Shown: positions 1 through 9,221 of the stretch, piece by piece
Numbering within the stretch: position 1 is the stretch's first letter
How the letters are laid out: the number at the start of each line of letters is the position of its first letter
Assembly: GCA_044229845.1 (NCBI GenBank)
Contig: JBGASG010000001.1
Location: 448,001-512,000 of the forward strand
Reading direction: 5' to 3'
Source of the DNA: Candidatus Obscuribacteraceae bacterium
GTDB taxonomy: Bacteria > Cyanobacteriota > Vampirovibrionia > Obscuribacterales > Obscuribacteraceae
Length of the DNA: 64,000 bases
The notes under the pieces: generated by a model
Databases searched by the model: none
Told to the model about the DNA's origin: nothing
The model's input: only the letters and a program-made list of their open reading frames with translations
Position numbers and translations under genes: made by a program

Positions 1-3000
1 TTCTGGATTAGCAGGCGTTCGAACTCATCAACTGTCTGAGGTGCCAAAATGTCGTTCTGGAATTTTGGTGCTATCCAAGATTTGTTGCCGGCGAAGATAA
101 ATCCGGTCTCGCTGCCTGGCGCGATCGAACCGTCGGGCAACCGATTCGGCACGATCTGATTGTAGACGCCTTGCAGGTCTTCGGTGGGAATATTTGGTCT
201 GGTACTAATTTGATATTCTTTGAGGTGCCCATTTTCCAGACGGTATAGAACTAAGTGTTCACCGTCCGGATTGCCGGGTGACGGCGGGTCTTTGAAATAC
301 TGGATGCGATCACCCGGTTGTACTTTGATGACCTGTCTGGTGGCGTCATCGATGTACTCGGTGGCATTCGCCCAGTGTGTGTTGACGGCGACGTTCTGGA
401 ATATCTGGTCGGCCCAGTTTCGGTAACCGTCGACTTTGATGTCCGGCGGGAAACGTCCGTTGAAGTTCTTGTCGAACGCTTTGGACAAGACATCGGTGGA
501 TTTGGTTGATTTGTCCCAGCCGTGGACGGCGTCGGCGTAGTAATCCAGACCATCGACTCGCGATATGTCGACGACCACGCCGTTTGGCAGAGTGGTCTTG
601 CCGGACAGAGCCGCATCGACAATCAAACGTGCTGCATCTTGCGGTGACTTAGTGAATACGCGCCCTTCGATGGTGGCGACGTTGCAGGTGAGGTTTGTGC
701 CCTGATCGATTGTGTGGGGATTGGCGGCGTTGAACATAATTTGTTCTGCCAGTTTGACACGCTCGGCTTCGGAGAGCGCGGCATTGGTGCCGGCTCCGAG
801 CAGGCGATCGATTTGCTGGTAAACACCGGCGACTTCCTCTCTGGTCAAGCCATTGATTGCCGCGGTGCGTTCAAAGTCGCTGGACAGTTGCAAGAAACGA
901 TTACGCTGTGCCAGGTCGCCGAAGGCATGGTTGGCCAGTGCTCTGTAATTGGCACGCTCTACGTCGAGCGCTGCCGGCGTCCACTCATGGAAGCCGTTGC
1001 GGAACACTTTCTCGATGCTGCCATCTACGCTCTGTAATTCTACAGGCTTGTTGGCGTCGTTGGGAGTAAGGCGAAGTTTGCCGTCGCCCTGTACTTCGAC
1101 CTTGCCTTCGAATCTTTCGGAGACCCAGGTATTTGAGCCGCGCTGCGAAGTGCTCTTGGTCCAGGTAGCGCCACCATCTGTGGTGATGTAAGCAGTAAAA
1201 TTGCCTTGACCATCGGAGACTTGCAGACTGTTCAATCGCCCCTGCTGGTCATACTGATACTCGATGTTGCGGCCGGTCGGGTGCGTTACCTGCTGTACCT
1301 TTTGTTGAGCATCGCGGGCGACTTCCTCACCGGTAAAACTTCTGGAAAGCGAAGTGCCGTCCTGTCTGACGATCACATCGCCTTCCGGTTTGCGATAAAG
1401 ATAGCTGCCGTCTTCCAGAGTGCGACCGCGTGTCATGCCAATCGTCAGCTCAGGTCCATGCTCCTGTCCCAGGTGAATTTTGTCGGTGTCTTTGAGATAC
1501 GAAGCATTGTTGTCGGCGGCGTAAACAAACTGGTCGCTGCCTTTGGCTCGTTCGTATACTTTGCCGTCTTTGATCAGTGTGTACGAGCCATCGGCATGCT
1601 CGATGTAGGTGCCGTTGGACGAAGTATCGGTGAAGACAAACTGTCCGGTTCGTTGATCTTTGGTCAGGAAACCATGATTGCGTGATACCTGGTTGTCAAT
1701 GATGTCCTGCGATCCACTGTTGAGTCCGGGGAATTCTCTGCCGACCGGAATACGGCCGTCGGGACCTGGATACAGATATTGACCGTTGAGCGACACTTCG
1801 TAATGGATTGGGCCGTCAGCTTTGAAAATATCGATGGACGGACCGTTTACGCCGCCGACGCGCAATTGATCGTAAGGACCGACTTCATAGCGCTGGCCTT
1901 TGGGGAGCTGTTCCCACTGATCCGAACCGTGCTTCTTGATGAAGGTCCCGTTGGTGGAGTTGTTGTCGGTGAAGTAGTATTTGCCGTCTTTGAATTCCAG
2001 CTTGCCCTGGTCTCGCGAGACCGTCGGGATATCGCCGAGCGTGGAGTTGGTGTCGCGGCCGATTTGCAGTTCGCCGTTGGTTAGCTTGTAGTCGCGTCCA
2101 TTTATAGAAACGATGACATCTTCCGGACCGTTCGGCTTTTCCGGTTTGAATTTATTGATCCGATCCCAGACGCCGTTCCAGGCATCGGCCAGTCTTTGCT
2201 TGATCCGACCGAAGAAACCGTTGTCGCCAAACCCACCGGTGGGTGGCGCGCCAGGCGCTTCGTTGGCGCGCAACTCGCGCACCTTATCGTTGAATTCTCT
2301 GGTCTTGTAGGCGAAGACCTCACCTTCTGCCGAAGCTTGAGATTCTTTCAGCAAGGCATTTCTAGCTGCCTGAGCTTTCTCTCCTGTGATACCGGACTTG
2401 GCGAGAATCTGGTCGACTTCAGCCTCGGTCAGGCGAGCACGTCCTTGTTTAACTGCATCGGCCAGCACCGGTTCGAGATTGGCTTTCAGAGAGGCTGCTG
2501 CTGCTTCATCCAATCCCACGCCGGCAGCTGTTTTTGCGGCGGCAGCGGCGGCTGCTCTGCCGGATATCTCGATGGCTGCGCCACCAACGATGGGGGCAAA
2601 GTTTAGTGCTCCGTCGACAACACCCAGTCCGATCTGTTTGAGGATGTTGGCGGTTGATCCGTCGAAATCGTTGCCTTCGACAGCTTTGAGCACCGCAATG
2701 CGGGCTACCGGATCGAGAGCAGCTGCCGCGGCGCCGATAGCCAGAACTACCTCCGGTGCCAGAGTACCACCCGACGCCGCAATAGCGAGAATGCCGCTGG
2801 CGACAAAGAGTGCTCCTTCGCCGAACTGGATCAGTTTCTCGGCAAAATCCTTTTTTGAATCTTTGTACTGTTGCAGGCTCTCTTCGAAAAACTGCATGAG
2901 CTGAGCTTGATCTGCAGCGGAGAGATTGCGGCCGTCAAGCTGGTAATGTTGCAGCGCTTCGGCATAAAGTTGCAGCGAGCGCTGTGCTGTTTGCAAGGTG

Positions 3001-6000
3001 CCATCGGGACTATAGCCGCTGTCGCTATGTTGTAAGCGCCCCAGGGCATCGAAATAGAACTGGCGACCGTCGGAGTGAACCGGTGTCAAAAGCGTTGCAT
3101 AGTTGGACTTTTCTTTGCCGTCTACCTTGCGCAGGAAATCATCGTCGAGGTCGGAGCCATAACGTTTGGCGTAGTCTTGTTTTAGTTGCTGCAGCGCCGC
3201 CGGATCGAGCTTCTGCAAGTCGGCTTTGAAATCACCGTATTTGGTGCCGTCGCCGACCGCGAAAGAGCGCAGGCGATCGGCGAGGTCGATATTGCCGCCC
3301 CGTTCCATGATGGACTTGGCGAATTTTATCTGGTTGTCGTCGGTCAATTGCAACCGATACAGATAGTCTTCTTGCTTGTCTTTTGGCTGTTTGGCAATCT
3401 CTGAAAGAACGTCTGTGCGGGGGAAGCCCATCCAGATCTTGTCGTCGAGGTTCAGCTTGCCGTCTTGAAGCATGCGGGCGAAGAATGGTTGTGGATCGCT
3501 TCCTACCGAAAAGGCACCGGATGGTCGTCGACTTTGACCTTCATTGAGGATGCGACCGAAGGTGCCTGCCATCACACCGGCAATGGCGAAAACGCGCGGG
3601 TCTTCGTCGCGCTGATTCCAGCCCAAGCCGATGCTCGAATTCAGGCGACCGTCTTTCTTTAGCTGGTCGCGCAGGTTCTTGTCCTGCAATACGACTTCCA
3701 GGTCTTTGTAAAGCTGTTGTGCGCTGGCACCGGTGATGGAGTCATAAAACAGTTTGTCTTGCGGATTGAGTTCGTTAGCCCGCGGAATCTTGCCGGTCTC
3801 TTTGAGAGCTTGCAAAAGATCTTGAGCGAGAAACTTGTGCGCGTCGTCCAGTTCTTTGCTGACTTTGTCGTCGACTTGCTTGCGATATGCTTCATCCGTG
3901 CGGTAACGCACTTGTTCGGCCGGACTCATGAAGTAGATGCTTTCGATCATGCCGTTCTTGTTGTCTTTGGAGACATCGAGCACGGAGCGATGCACTTCTT
4001 GCGAGAGTTCGTAGGACGAAGCACCGACTTTGCTGTCGAACAAGTCGAGGGCGCGCTGCTTGACGTTGGGGTCGAGATTGAAGGAATTGAGCGCGCGCTC
4101 CAGGTCCTGGCGGAATGCCGGGTTTAGCTTTGGATCGTGTCCGCGTCTATAATCCGTCTCACTCAGGTGTTCGATTGCCGAGTAGATTTCTTCAGGCTTG
4201 TGGTGGTCGGAAAGTTCGCTTATTAAAGATCCGCCGCGGATCAGTTTGTCTTCCCACTTTGTCAGGTCATTGACTGTGTGCTGGCGGTCAGGCTCGCGCT
4301 GATCTATCAGTTGATTGGCAGCGTCGACATCATTCTTCTTGGCGCCGTCATAACGTGACTCGATGATGTCGCGCGGGAAGCCCAATTCGGCTAGTTCCCA
4401 CGGACCCCACTTACCTTTGTCCAGCAGGTTGAAAATCCAGCTGTCGGCGGATCCGCCTTGGTTAAGACCGTTCTTGTTGTAACCGTCGTAGATGGCTTGT
4501 TTGATGATGCCATTCACGATGCGGTCTTGTAGCCATTGATCGCGGTCACCATTAGGAACACCGGTAGGATCGCTGTTGATGCGCTTGAGCCGATCCCGCA
4601 GCTGCGGATCTGACTGTATTAATGCTTCCGCATCGAGCATGATGCGTTGCGGACTGGCATGCATCGCGCGGTCGTACAAAAGCTTGTCGAGCGGGTTGAG
4701 CTCCTGGATGTTCTCGCCGTTTTTCAAGCGCTTCAGCAAGTCTTGCGTCAGAACGGCGTCGGCGTCTTTTAGTTTGCCGGCTTTGTCGTCGATTGATTTA
4801 CGGAACCCTTCATCGGTGCGATAACGCTCGTAATCGGCAGTGCTCAATCCGATTTTGTCTTGCAAGTATCTGCCGATGTCGGGCTTCGTTTCGTTATATA
4901 GATCCGGTGCGGGAGACTGACCGGTCGAAAGGTTTTCCAGCGCGCGGTGCACTTTGACATAGAAGTCGCGGTCGGACTGATCTTCAGGCAGCAGGGGTCC
5001 CTGCCAGCCGCTCTGGAATCTGAGCTCCAGCTCGCGCCCGTGGGCGTAACGGCGGCGCTCTTCAGGCGACGCGTTTTCGAGAGCCAGCTCGACGTTTTTC
5101 TTGTTGCTGCCGCCGAAATAACCGGCGTTGTTCACATCAGCTATTGTTTCCAGCGAGATGTGACCTTGCTGCAAAATGTCGTTGGCGATGCGCTTATCTT
5201 TGCCGAAAGCGTCATTGAGTTGTTGGACGAAATCCGGGTTGTGCTGCAGCGTCAGGCGCGCTGCCATGGCTGAGTTGTCGCTGCCTCGCAGTGCGATAGC
5301 CAGGAGGCTCATGTCTTTGTTTTGCACTGCCATTTGAGCCAGTGTTACGTCATCGGCGGCGGTGCGGTTGTCGATGCCCTTTTGCAAAATTTTCAGGGCT
5401 TGTTTGGTTTCTTCGCTGACGTTCGGAGTTTCGTTGATGGCATCGATGTATGACTTACCGTAGACTGCTCGGTAATCTGCATCGAGTTGCTGAATTTGAT
5501 CGGAGCGCAGTGTCGAAAAAATCTCGCGGATGTTTTTGTCCGAATCTTTGTTGCCGTCGCGCAATCTTTGTAGTTCGTACGCGAGTTGTCCGGCATCGTT
5601 GGTGTGATCGTCTTTGCGATTGAGAATCGCGATCAACTTTTCGGCGTCTGAACCGCCCAGCTTCTTGATGTCGTTAAGCAGCGCGTCAGGTCCCTGATTG
5701 TTGAACTTCTGCTGATACGTGCTGGTCAGAGCTTTGCGATCGTCTTCGCTCAATGTGGAGAGAATGCGCTCGGCGCGATCTTTGTCTTTGTCGTTCAGCG
5801 CGTCGTGCAATTTCTGCGCGATTACCTGACGAGTGGGATCGTCGAGAGTCGGCGGTTTATCGACCGTGACCGATGGCAGCCCGGTATTGTCCGCGGAGGC
5901 ACCGGCGCGCTGCTGCGTGACGATTGCCGAGTTGCCCGGCGTCGTGAGCGAGGCATCGTCGTCAACCTTGGTGGTATCGGTTGCCGGCTTAGTCTGAACT

Positions 6001-6038
6001 GGACGGTCGGCGACCGCAGTTTGATCGTTTTCACCCAT
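1..6038 (-). CDS. Giant multidomain protein, 3' end outside the window (>2012 aa): annexin-like helical repeats, hydrophobic Gly/Ala segment, 2 FHA domains, YD-like repeat, putative papain-like Cys protease motif
   Basis: Manual translation from ATG at 6038 (MGENDQTAVADRPVQTKP...) shows no stop down to position 1 (...NDILAPQTVDEFERLLIQ). Frame spot-checked at 4820, 3200, 2828, 2060, 1745, 686 and 119. Absent from the ORF track because there is no stop codon in the window. FHA motifs GR..SR..NSTNGT and GR..SRNH..SSNGT; TIDQGTNLTCNV motif. Confidence 0.9.
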   Translation of the reverse strand, partial: MGENDQTAVADRPVQTKPATDTTKVDDDASLTTPGNSAIVTQQRAGASADNTGLPSVTVDKPPTLDDPTRQVIAQKLHDALNDKDKDRAERILSTLSEDDRKALTSTYQQKFNNQGPDALLNDIKKLGGSDAEKLIAILNRKDDHTNDAGQLAYELQRLRDGNKDSDKNIREIFSTLRSDQIQQLDADYRAVYGKSYIDAINETPNVSEETKQALKILQKGIDNRTAADDVTLAQMAVQNKDMSLLAIALRGSDNSAMAARLTLQHNPDFVQQLNDAFGKDKRIANDILQQGHISLETIADVNNAGYFGGSNKKNVELALENASPEERRRYAHGRELELRFQSGWQGPLLPEDQSDRDFYVKVHRALENLSTGQSPAPDLYNETKPDIGRYLQDKIGLSTADYERYRTDEGFRKSIDDKAGKLKDADAVLTQDLLKRLKNGENIQELNPLDKLLYDRAMHASPQRIMLDAEALIQSDPQLRDRLKRINSDPTGVPNGDRDQWLQDRIVNGIIKQAIYDGYNKNGLNQGGSADSWIFNLLDKGKWGPWELAELGFPRDIIESRYDGAKKNDVDAANQLIDQREPDRQHTVNDLTKWEDKLIRGGSLISELSDHHKPEEIYSAIEHLSETDYRRGHDPKLNPAFRQDLERALNSFNLDPNVKQRALDLFDSKVGASSYELSQEVHRSVLDVSKDNKNGMIESIYFMSPAEQVRYRTDEAYRKQVDDKVSKELDDAHKFLAQDLLQALKETGKIPRANELNPQDKLFYDSITGASAQQLYKDLEVVLQDKNLRDQLKKDGRLNSSIGLGWNQRDEDPRVFAIAGVMAGTFGRILNEGQSRRPSGAFSVGSDPQPFFARMLQDGKLNLDDKIWMGFPRTDVLSEIAKQPKDKQEDYLYRLQLTDDNQIKFAKSIMERGGNIDLADRLRSFAVGDGTKYGDFKADLQKLDPAALQQLKQDYAKRYGSDLDDDFLRKVDGKEKSNYATLLTPVHSDGRQFYFDALGRLQHSDSGYSPDGTLQTAQRSLQLYAEALQHYQLDGRNLSAADQAQLMQFFEESLQQYKDSKKDFAEKLIQFGEGALFVASGILAIAASGGTLAPEVVLAIGAAAAALDPVARIAVLKAVEGNDFDGSTANILKQIGLGVVDGALNFAPIVGGAAIEISGRAAAAAAAKTAAGVGLDEAAAASLKANLEPVLADAVKQGRARLTEAEVDQILAKSGITGEKAQAARNALLKESQASAEGEVFAYKTREFNDKVRELRANEAPGAPPTGGFGDNGFFGRIKQRLADAWNGVWDRINKFKPEKPNGPEDVIVSINGRDYKLTNGELQIGRDTNSTLGDIPTVSRDQGKLEFKDGKYYFTDNNSTNGTFIKKHGSDQWEQLPKGQRYEVGPYDQLRVGGVNGPSIDIFKADGPIHYEVSLNGQYLYPGPDGRIPVGREFPGLNSGSQDIIDNQVSRNHGFLTKDQRTGQFVFTDTSSNGTYIEHADGSYTLIKDGKVYERAKGSDQFVYAADNNASYLKDTDKIHLGQEHGPELTIGMTRGRTLEDGSYLYRKPEGDVIVRQDGTSLSRSFTGEEVARDAQQKVQQVTHPTGRNIEYQYDQQGRLNSLQVSDGQGNFTAYITTDGGATWTKSTSQRGSNTWVSERFEGKVEVQGDGKLRLTPNDANKPVELQSVDGSIEKVFRNGFHEWTPAALDVERANYRALANHAFGDLAQRNRFLQLSSDFERTAAINGLTREEVAGVYQQIDRLLGAGTNAALSEAERVKLAEQIMFNAANPHTIDQGTNLTCNVATIEGRVFTKSPQDAARLIVDAALSGKTTLPNGVVVDISRVDGLDYYADAVHGWDKSTKSTDVLSKAFDKNFNGRFPPDIKVDGYRNWADQIFQNVAVNTHWANATEYIDDATRQVIKVQPGDRIQYFKDPPSPGNPDGEHLVLYRLENGHLKEYQISTRPNIPTEDLQGVYNQIVPNRLPDGSIAPGSETGFIFAGNKSWIAPKFQNDILAPQTVDEFERLLIQ

Positions 6039-6178
6039 TTTTAGTAAAACGAATCCTTCGCTTACTGTGCGTAAGCGTGTGTTCGCGAGCACGCACTCTC
6101 GGTAGCCGCAGCTTGGAGGGAAGCTGCCGGCGAAAAAACGCAGTGCGAAATCTGGTGGTGGTGAACGGGGGTTAGTGA

Positions 6179-6207
6179 ATTATAGAAGTGGCCGCCGGGG
6201 ATGTCAA
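6179..6207 (-). promoter_or_regulatory. Perfect-consensus sigma70 promoter for the giant ORF
   Basis: Minus strand reads TTGACA (6207-6202), 17 nt, TATAAT (6184-6179), about 140 nt upstream of the ATG at 6038. Confidence 0.85.
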
Positions 6208-6291
6208 TAAGTGGTGTCTTGACACTCTGGCGGTTTCTTTGCGGGGGTAGCTTGAAGGATAGCGCTTCCGCCTGGAGGAGTTATGGAGCGC

Positions 6292-6882
6292 TTATGGAGT
6301 TTTTGTGGAATTGCCTGCGTTCTGCAATTGATGAGCCTTCCATTCGTCGATGGTTAGGCGGTACAGAACGTGCGGCTTGAGTGGATGTCCAGCATCCAAC
6401 ATCGGGTGATCGAAGTCGTCAGCAGGATTGCGCTTCATATTGAGGCGTTCCATCACCCGCATCGATCGCTGATTCAAAACTGCCGTCATCGACACTATCT
6501 CAGTCAGTCCGATGCGTTCAAATCCATCGCGCATCGATTCTTCGGCGGCTTCCGATGCAAATCCCTTGCCCCAGTAGTTTTTGTCCAGGCGCCAGCCGAC
6601 TTCCACGCAGGGTGTGAAGTGTGCCTCGAATTTCGGTTTGCACAGCCCGACCATGCCGATAAATTTGCCGGTGTCCTTAAGCGTCACGGCCCATAGTCCG
6701 TAGTCGTCTTCGGAAAATGCGGTTTCGATGGTATGCACCATCGATGCAGTCTGCTCGAAAGTGGCGGTGCGCGGAAAGTATTCCATCACCTGCGGGTCAC
6801 TGTTCATCTCGGCGAAAGGTTGAATGTCGGAGATGTGCCAGCGCCTCAAAACCAATCTGGACGTTTCCAAAGGTGCTGTCAT
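6292..6882 (-). CDS. GNAT N-acetyltransferase, RimJ/RimL family
   Basis: LETSRLVLRRW, EVGWRL..YWGKGFASEAA and N.RS.RVMERL motifs. Start moved to ATG 6882 (MTAPLE). Confidence 0.9.
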   Translation of the reverse strand: MTAPLETSRLVLRRWHISDIQPFAEMNSDPQVMEYFPRTATFEQTASMVHTIETAFSEDDYGLWAVTLKDTGKFIGMVGLCKPKFEAHFTPCVEVGWRLDKNYWGKGFASEAAEESMRDGFERIGLTEIVSMTAVLNQRSMRVMERLNMKRNPADDFDHPMLDAGHPLKPHVLYRLTIDEWKAHQLQNAGNSTKTP

Positions 6883-7012
6883 GGAGCCCGATTCCTGTCG
6901 CCGCTGATTTATGCTGAGCACTGTAGCCGGTTGAGTGCATTCCTGCAAATGATTTGCTCTCAACAACTGGTACAATTTGACGCTCCCATAAGTCGAGGAA
7001 TACTCGGAAATC

Positions 7013-7876
7013 GTGTCTGCGAGCTGCACGCTAGTAACTTATTCCGGTTTGCCGGATCTCGATCCGGACGATCTGCCGCTCGTCGAGGCGCTTTCACGAC
7101 TGGGTGTCGACTGCCGTGTGGCACGCTGGGACGATCCTGATTACAGATGGGACACTACCGAGCATGTGTTGCTGCGTACAACCTGGGACTATCACTTGCA
7201 CTTGCTCGATTTCATGTCCTGGCTTGATCGCATCAAGAGCGTGACCCGTGTCTGGAATCCGGTCGATCTTGTCAAATGGAACATCAACAAGAGCTACCTA
7301 TTTCGTTTGCAAAAAGCCGGTGTGCCTGTTGTGCCCACGCGCCTTTTGTCGCATGGCGTTCAGGCAGAACTCGGCAATCTTCTGGAAGAAACTGGTTGGG
7401 GCGAGGCAATCATCAAACCAGTGGTGGGACTAGCAACACATGGCGTGAGACGCCTTTCGCGCGCCGACATTGGCGGCGGACAGTCCGCTCTGACAGCCCT
7501 TCTGGACAACGATGATGTTTTGCTGCAAAAGTTTTTGCCTTCTGTGAATGATTACGGTGAGCGAGCGCTGATGTTTTTCAACGGTGATTACTCGCACGCG
7601 GTGCGCAAGACAGCATTTCAGGCGCTCGCGCATACAGGTGGTGCCGGCGAAACAGCTGCCGAAGCCACCGAGGCGGAATTGGCTGTTGCTCGTCAGGCTT
7701 TGCAGTTTCTTGAGAAACCTCCACTTTATGCTCGTGTAGACCTGGTGCCCGACGAAAACGGACAGCCTGTGATCATGGAACTTGAGCTGGTGGAGCCCAG
7801 TTTGTTTTTCGCGTACAAGCCCGGATCTGCCGAACGATTTGCTTCCATATTTGTCGACTTAGCCGGCATCAATTAG
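7013..7876 (+). CDS. ATP-grasp protein (RimK/glutathione synthetase-like)
   Basis: RTTWDY, WNINKSYL, IIKP, YARVDL and MELELVEPSLF motifs. Confidence 0.85.
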   Translation: MSASCTLVTYSGLPDLDPDDLPLVEALSRLGVDCRVARWDDPDYRWDTTEHVLLRTTWDYHLHLLDFMSWLDRIKSVTRVWNPVDLVKWNINKSYLFRLQKAGVPVVPTRLLSHGVQAELGNLLEETGWGEAIIKPVVGLATHGVRRLSRADIGGGQSALTALLDNDDVLLQKFLPSVNDYGERALMFFNGDYSHAVRKTAFQALAHTGGAGETAAEATEAELAVARQALQFLEKPPLYARVDLVPDENGQPVIMELELVEPSLFFAYKPGSAERFASIFVDLAGIN

Positions 7877-7914
7877 CCCGTACCAGTTAGCCCGCACCAG
7901 TTAGCCCGCACCGG
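7873..7914 (+). repeat. Three tandem 14-bp repeats TTAGCCCG(T/C)ACC(A/G)G
   Basis: ttagcccgtaccag / ttagcccgcaccag / ttagcccgcaccgg, beginning at the stop codon of the ATP-grasp gene. Confidence 0.9.
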
Positions 7915-7932
7915 CACTATATATGGTGCCGG
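7911..7932. promoter_or_regulatory. Palindrome CCGGCACTATATATGGTGC(CGG), NrdR-box-like, copy 1
   Basis: 19 bp identical to 33937-33955. The core resembles the NrdR box consensus acaCwAtATaTwGtg. Confidence 0.4.
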
Positions 7933-8175
7933 CGGTGGGAGACGCTCAACGCCGGACAGTCTGTCTGCTGGAGGAACACTGGTGGGTTACTGATTGTCAA
8001 GTGATGCCAGGCGCGAGATCCCTTGCTTGATAACTTAATTTAAGCCGAACTGGCGCAGGAAAATTTGGCGCCGGTGCCCGAAATACGAACCTACGTGTTG
8101 GATTAGATGGTCTGACTATATAAATCACCATGAGATCGTAGACAATGCGGGCACTGGTTATGGATTCAGACATTT

Positions 8176-9219
8176 ATGACGAAGATCTCCACGACTCTCA
8201 CCCGTGAACCGGCAGGGCTAGACGACACAGTCATCACTGCCTCGACGACGAAGACCTCGGGATCGCATCCGCGTCCCAAAGACCGCAAAGATACGATCAC
8301 CGGTACTATTTCGCTGTGGTCGCGGCCAGTCGTCATGGCTCATCGGATTCCCGTTTTCAAACGCGTCTGGATCTACGTCGCGTTGATGGCGGTCTACGCG
8401 CTGATCGTTGACTATGTTGCTGGACAGAACTTTCCATCCAGCGTGATTAAAGAAGTCGGCGCGATTTCCTTTGGTGGCATTATCCTCGGCTTGCTCCTGG
8501 TGTTTCGCACCAACTCCGCCTACGAACGCTGGTGGGAAGGTCGCAAGCTCTGGGGGCAATTGATCAACGATTCCCGCAACCTGTCTTTGAAGATTCGCTC
8601 GATCCGGACAATCAAGAACGACGATAAGGTTCGATTCGGAGAGTTGATGATTTCCTTCGCTTACGCCCTCAAGCACCACTTGCGCGGTACCACTCCGTCG
8701 GAGCCACTGCCCGCGGTCGGCGATATTCCTGAGTTTGACCAGAAAAATATTCCCGTGTTCATTGCGGGCAAGATCTACGACACGTTGTTGCGCTGGCAAC
8801 GAGAAGGGCAGATCGACACAATGATGCTCTCCGTTCTCGACGAGAATGCCCGCCAATTCATGAACATTTCCGGCGGCTGCGAGCGCATCAAGAACAGCCC
8901 GATTGCCATCTCGTACCGGGCATTTATGCGTCAGGGCATTTTTATCAACCTGTTAGTCTTGCCCTGGTACCTCTCACAGCAGTTTTCCATGTGCTGGTGC
9001 TTGCCACTTATTTTGATCAGCACATACTTCTTGATTGGCATCGAACTGATCGCCGAAGATATTGAAGATCCCTTCGGCTACGATGGCGACGACCTGCCGC
9101 TCGATAATCTGTGCGCCACAATTAAAGACACCGTCAGTCATATATTGCCGGTGCAGGAAGATTTGCGGTTTACGCAATCGGTGACGCTGCCTAAATTTGA
9201 TTTGCTCAAACAACCCTAA
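8176..9219 (+). CDS. Bestrophin-family (YneE-like) anion channel
   Basis: LLVFRTNSAYERWWEGRKLWG, CERIKNSP and IEDPFG..GDDLPL motifs. Confidence 0.93.
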   Translation: MTKISTTLTREPAGLDDTVITASTTKTSGSHPRPKDRKDTITGTISLWSRPVVMAHRIPVFKRVWIYVALMAVYALIVDYVAGQNFPSSVIKEVGAISFGGIILGLLLVFRTNSAYERWWEGRKLWGQLINDSRNLSLKIRSIRTIKNDDKVRFGELMISFAYALKHHLRGTTPSEPLPAVGDIPEFDQKNIPVFIAGKIYDTLLRWQREGQIDTMMLSVLDENARQFMNISGGCERIKNSPIAISYRAFMRQGIFINLLVLPWYLSQQFSMCWCLPLILISTYFLIGIELIAEDIEDPFGYDGDDLPLDNLCATIKDTVSHILPVQEDLRFTQSVTLPKFDLLKQP

Positions 9220-9221
9220 GC

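Noticed and set aside
220..6044. Numerous short ORFs in the supplied track across the first 6 kb
   Set aside because: They are antisense or out-of-frame shadows of the single giant minus-strand ORF.
7873..7914. Tandem 14-bp repeats as a CRISPR array
   Set aside because: No spacers, repeats too short, and no cas genes.
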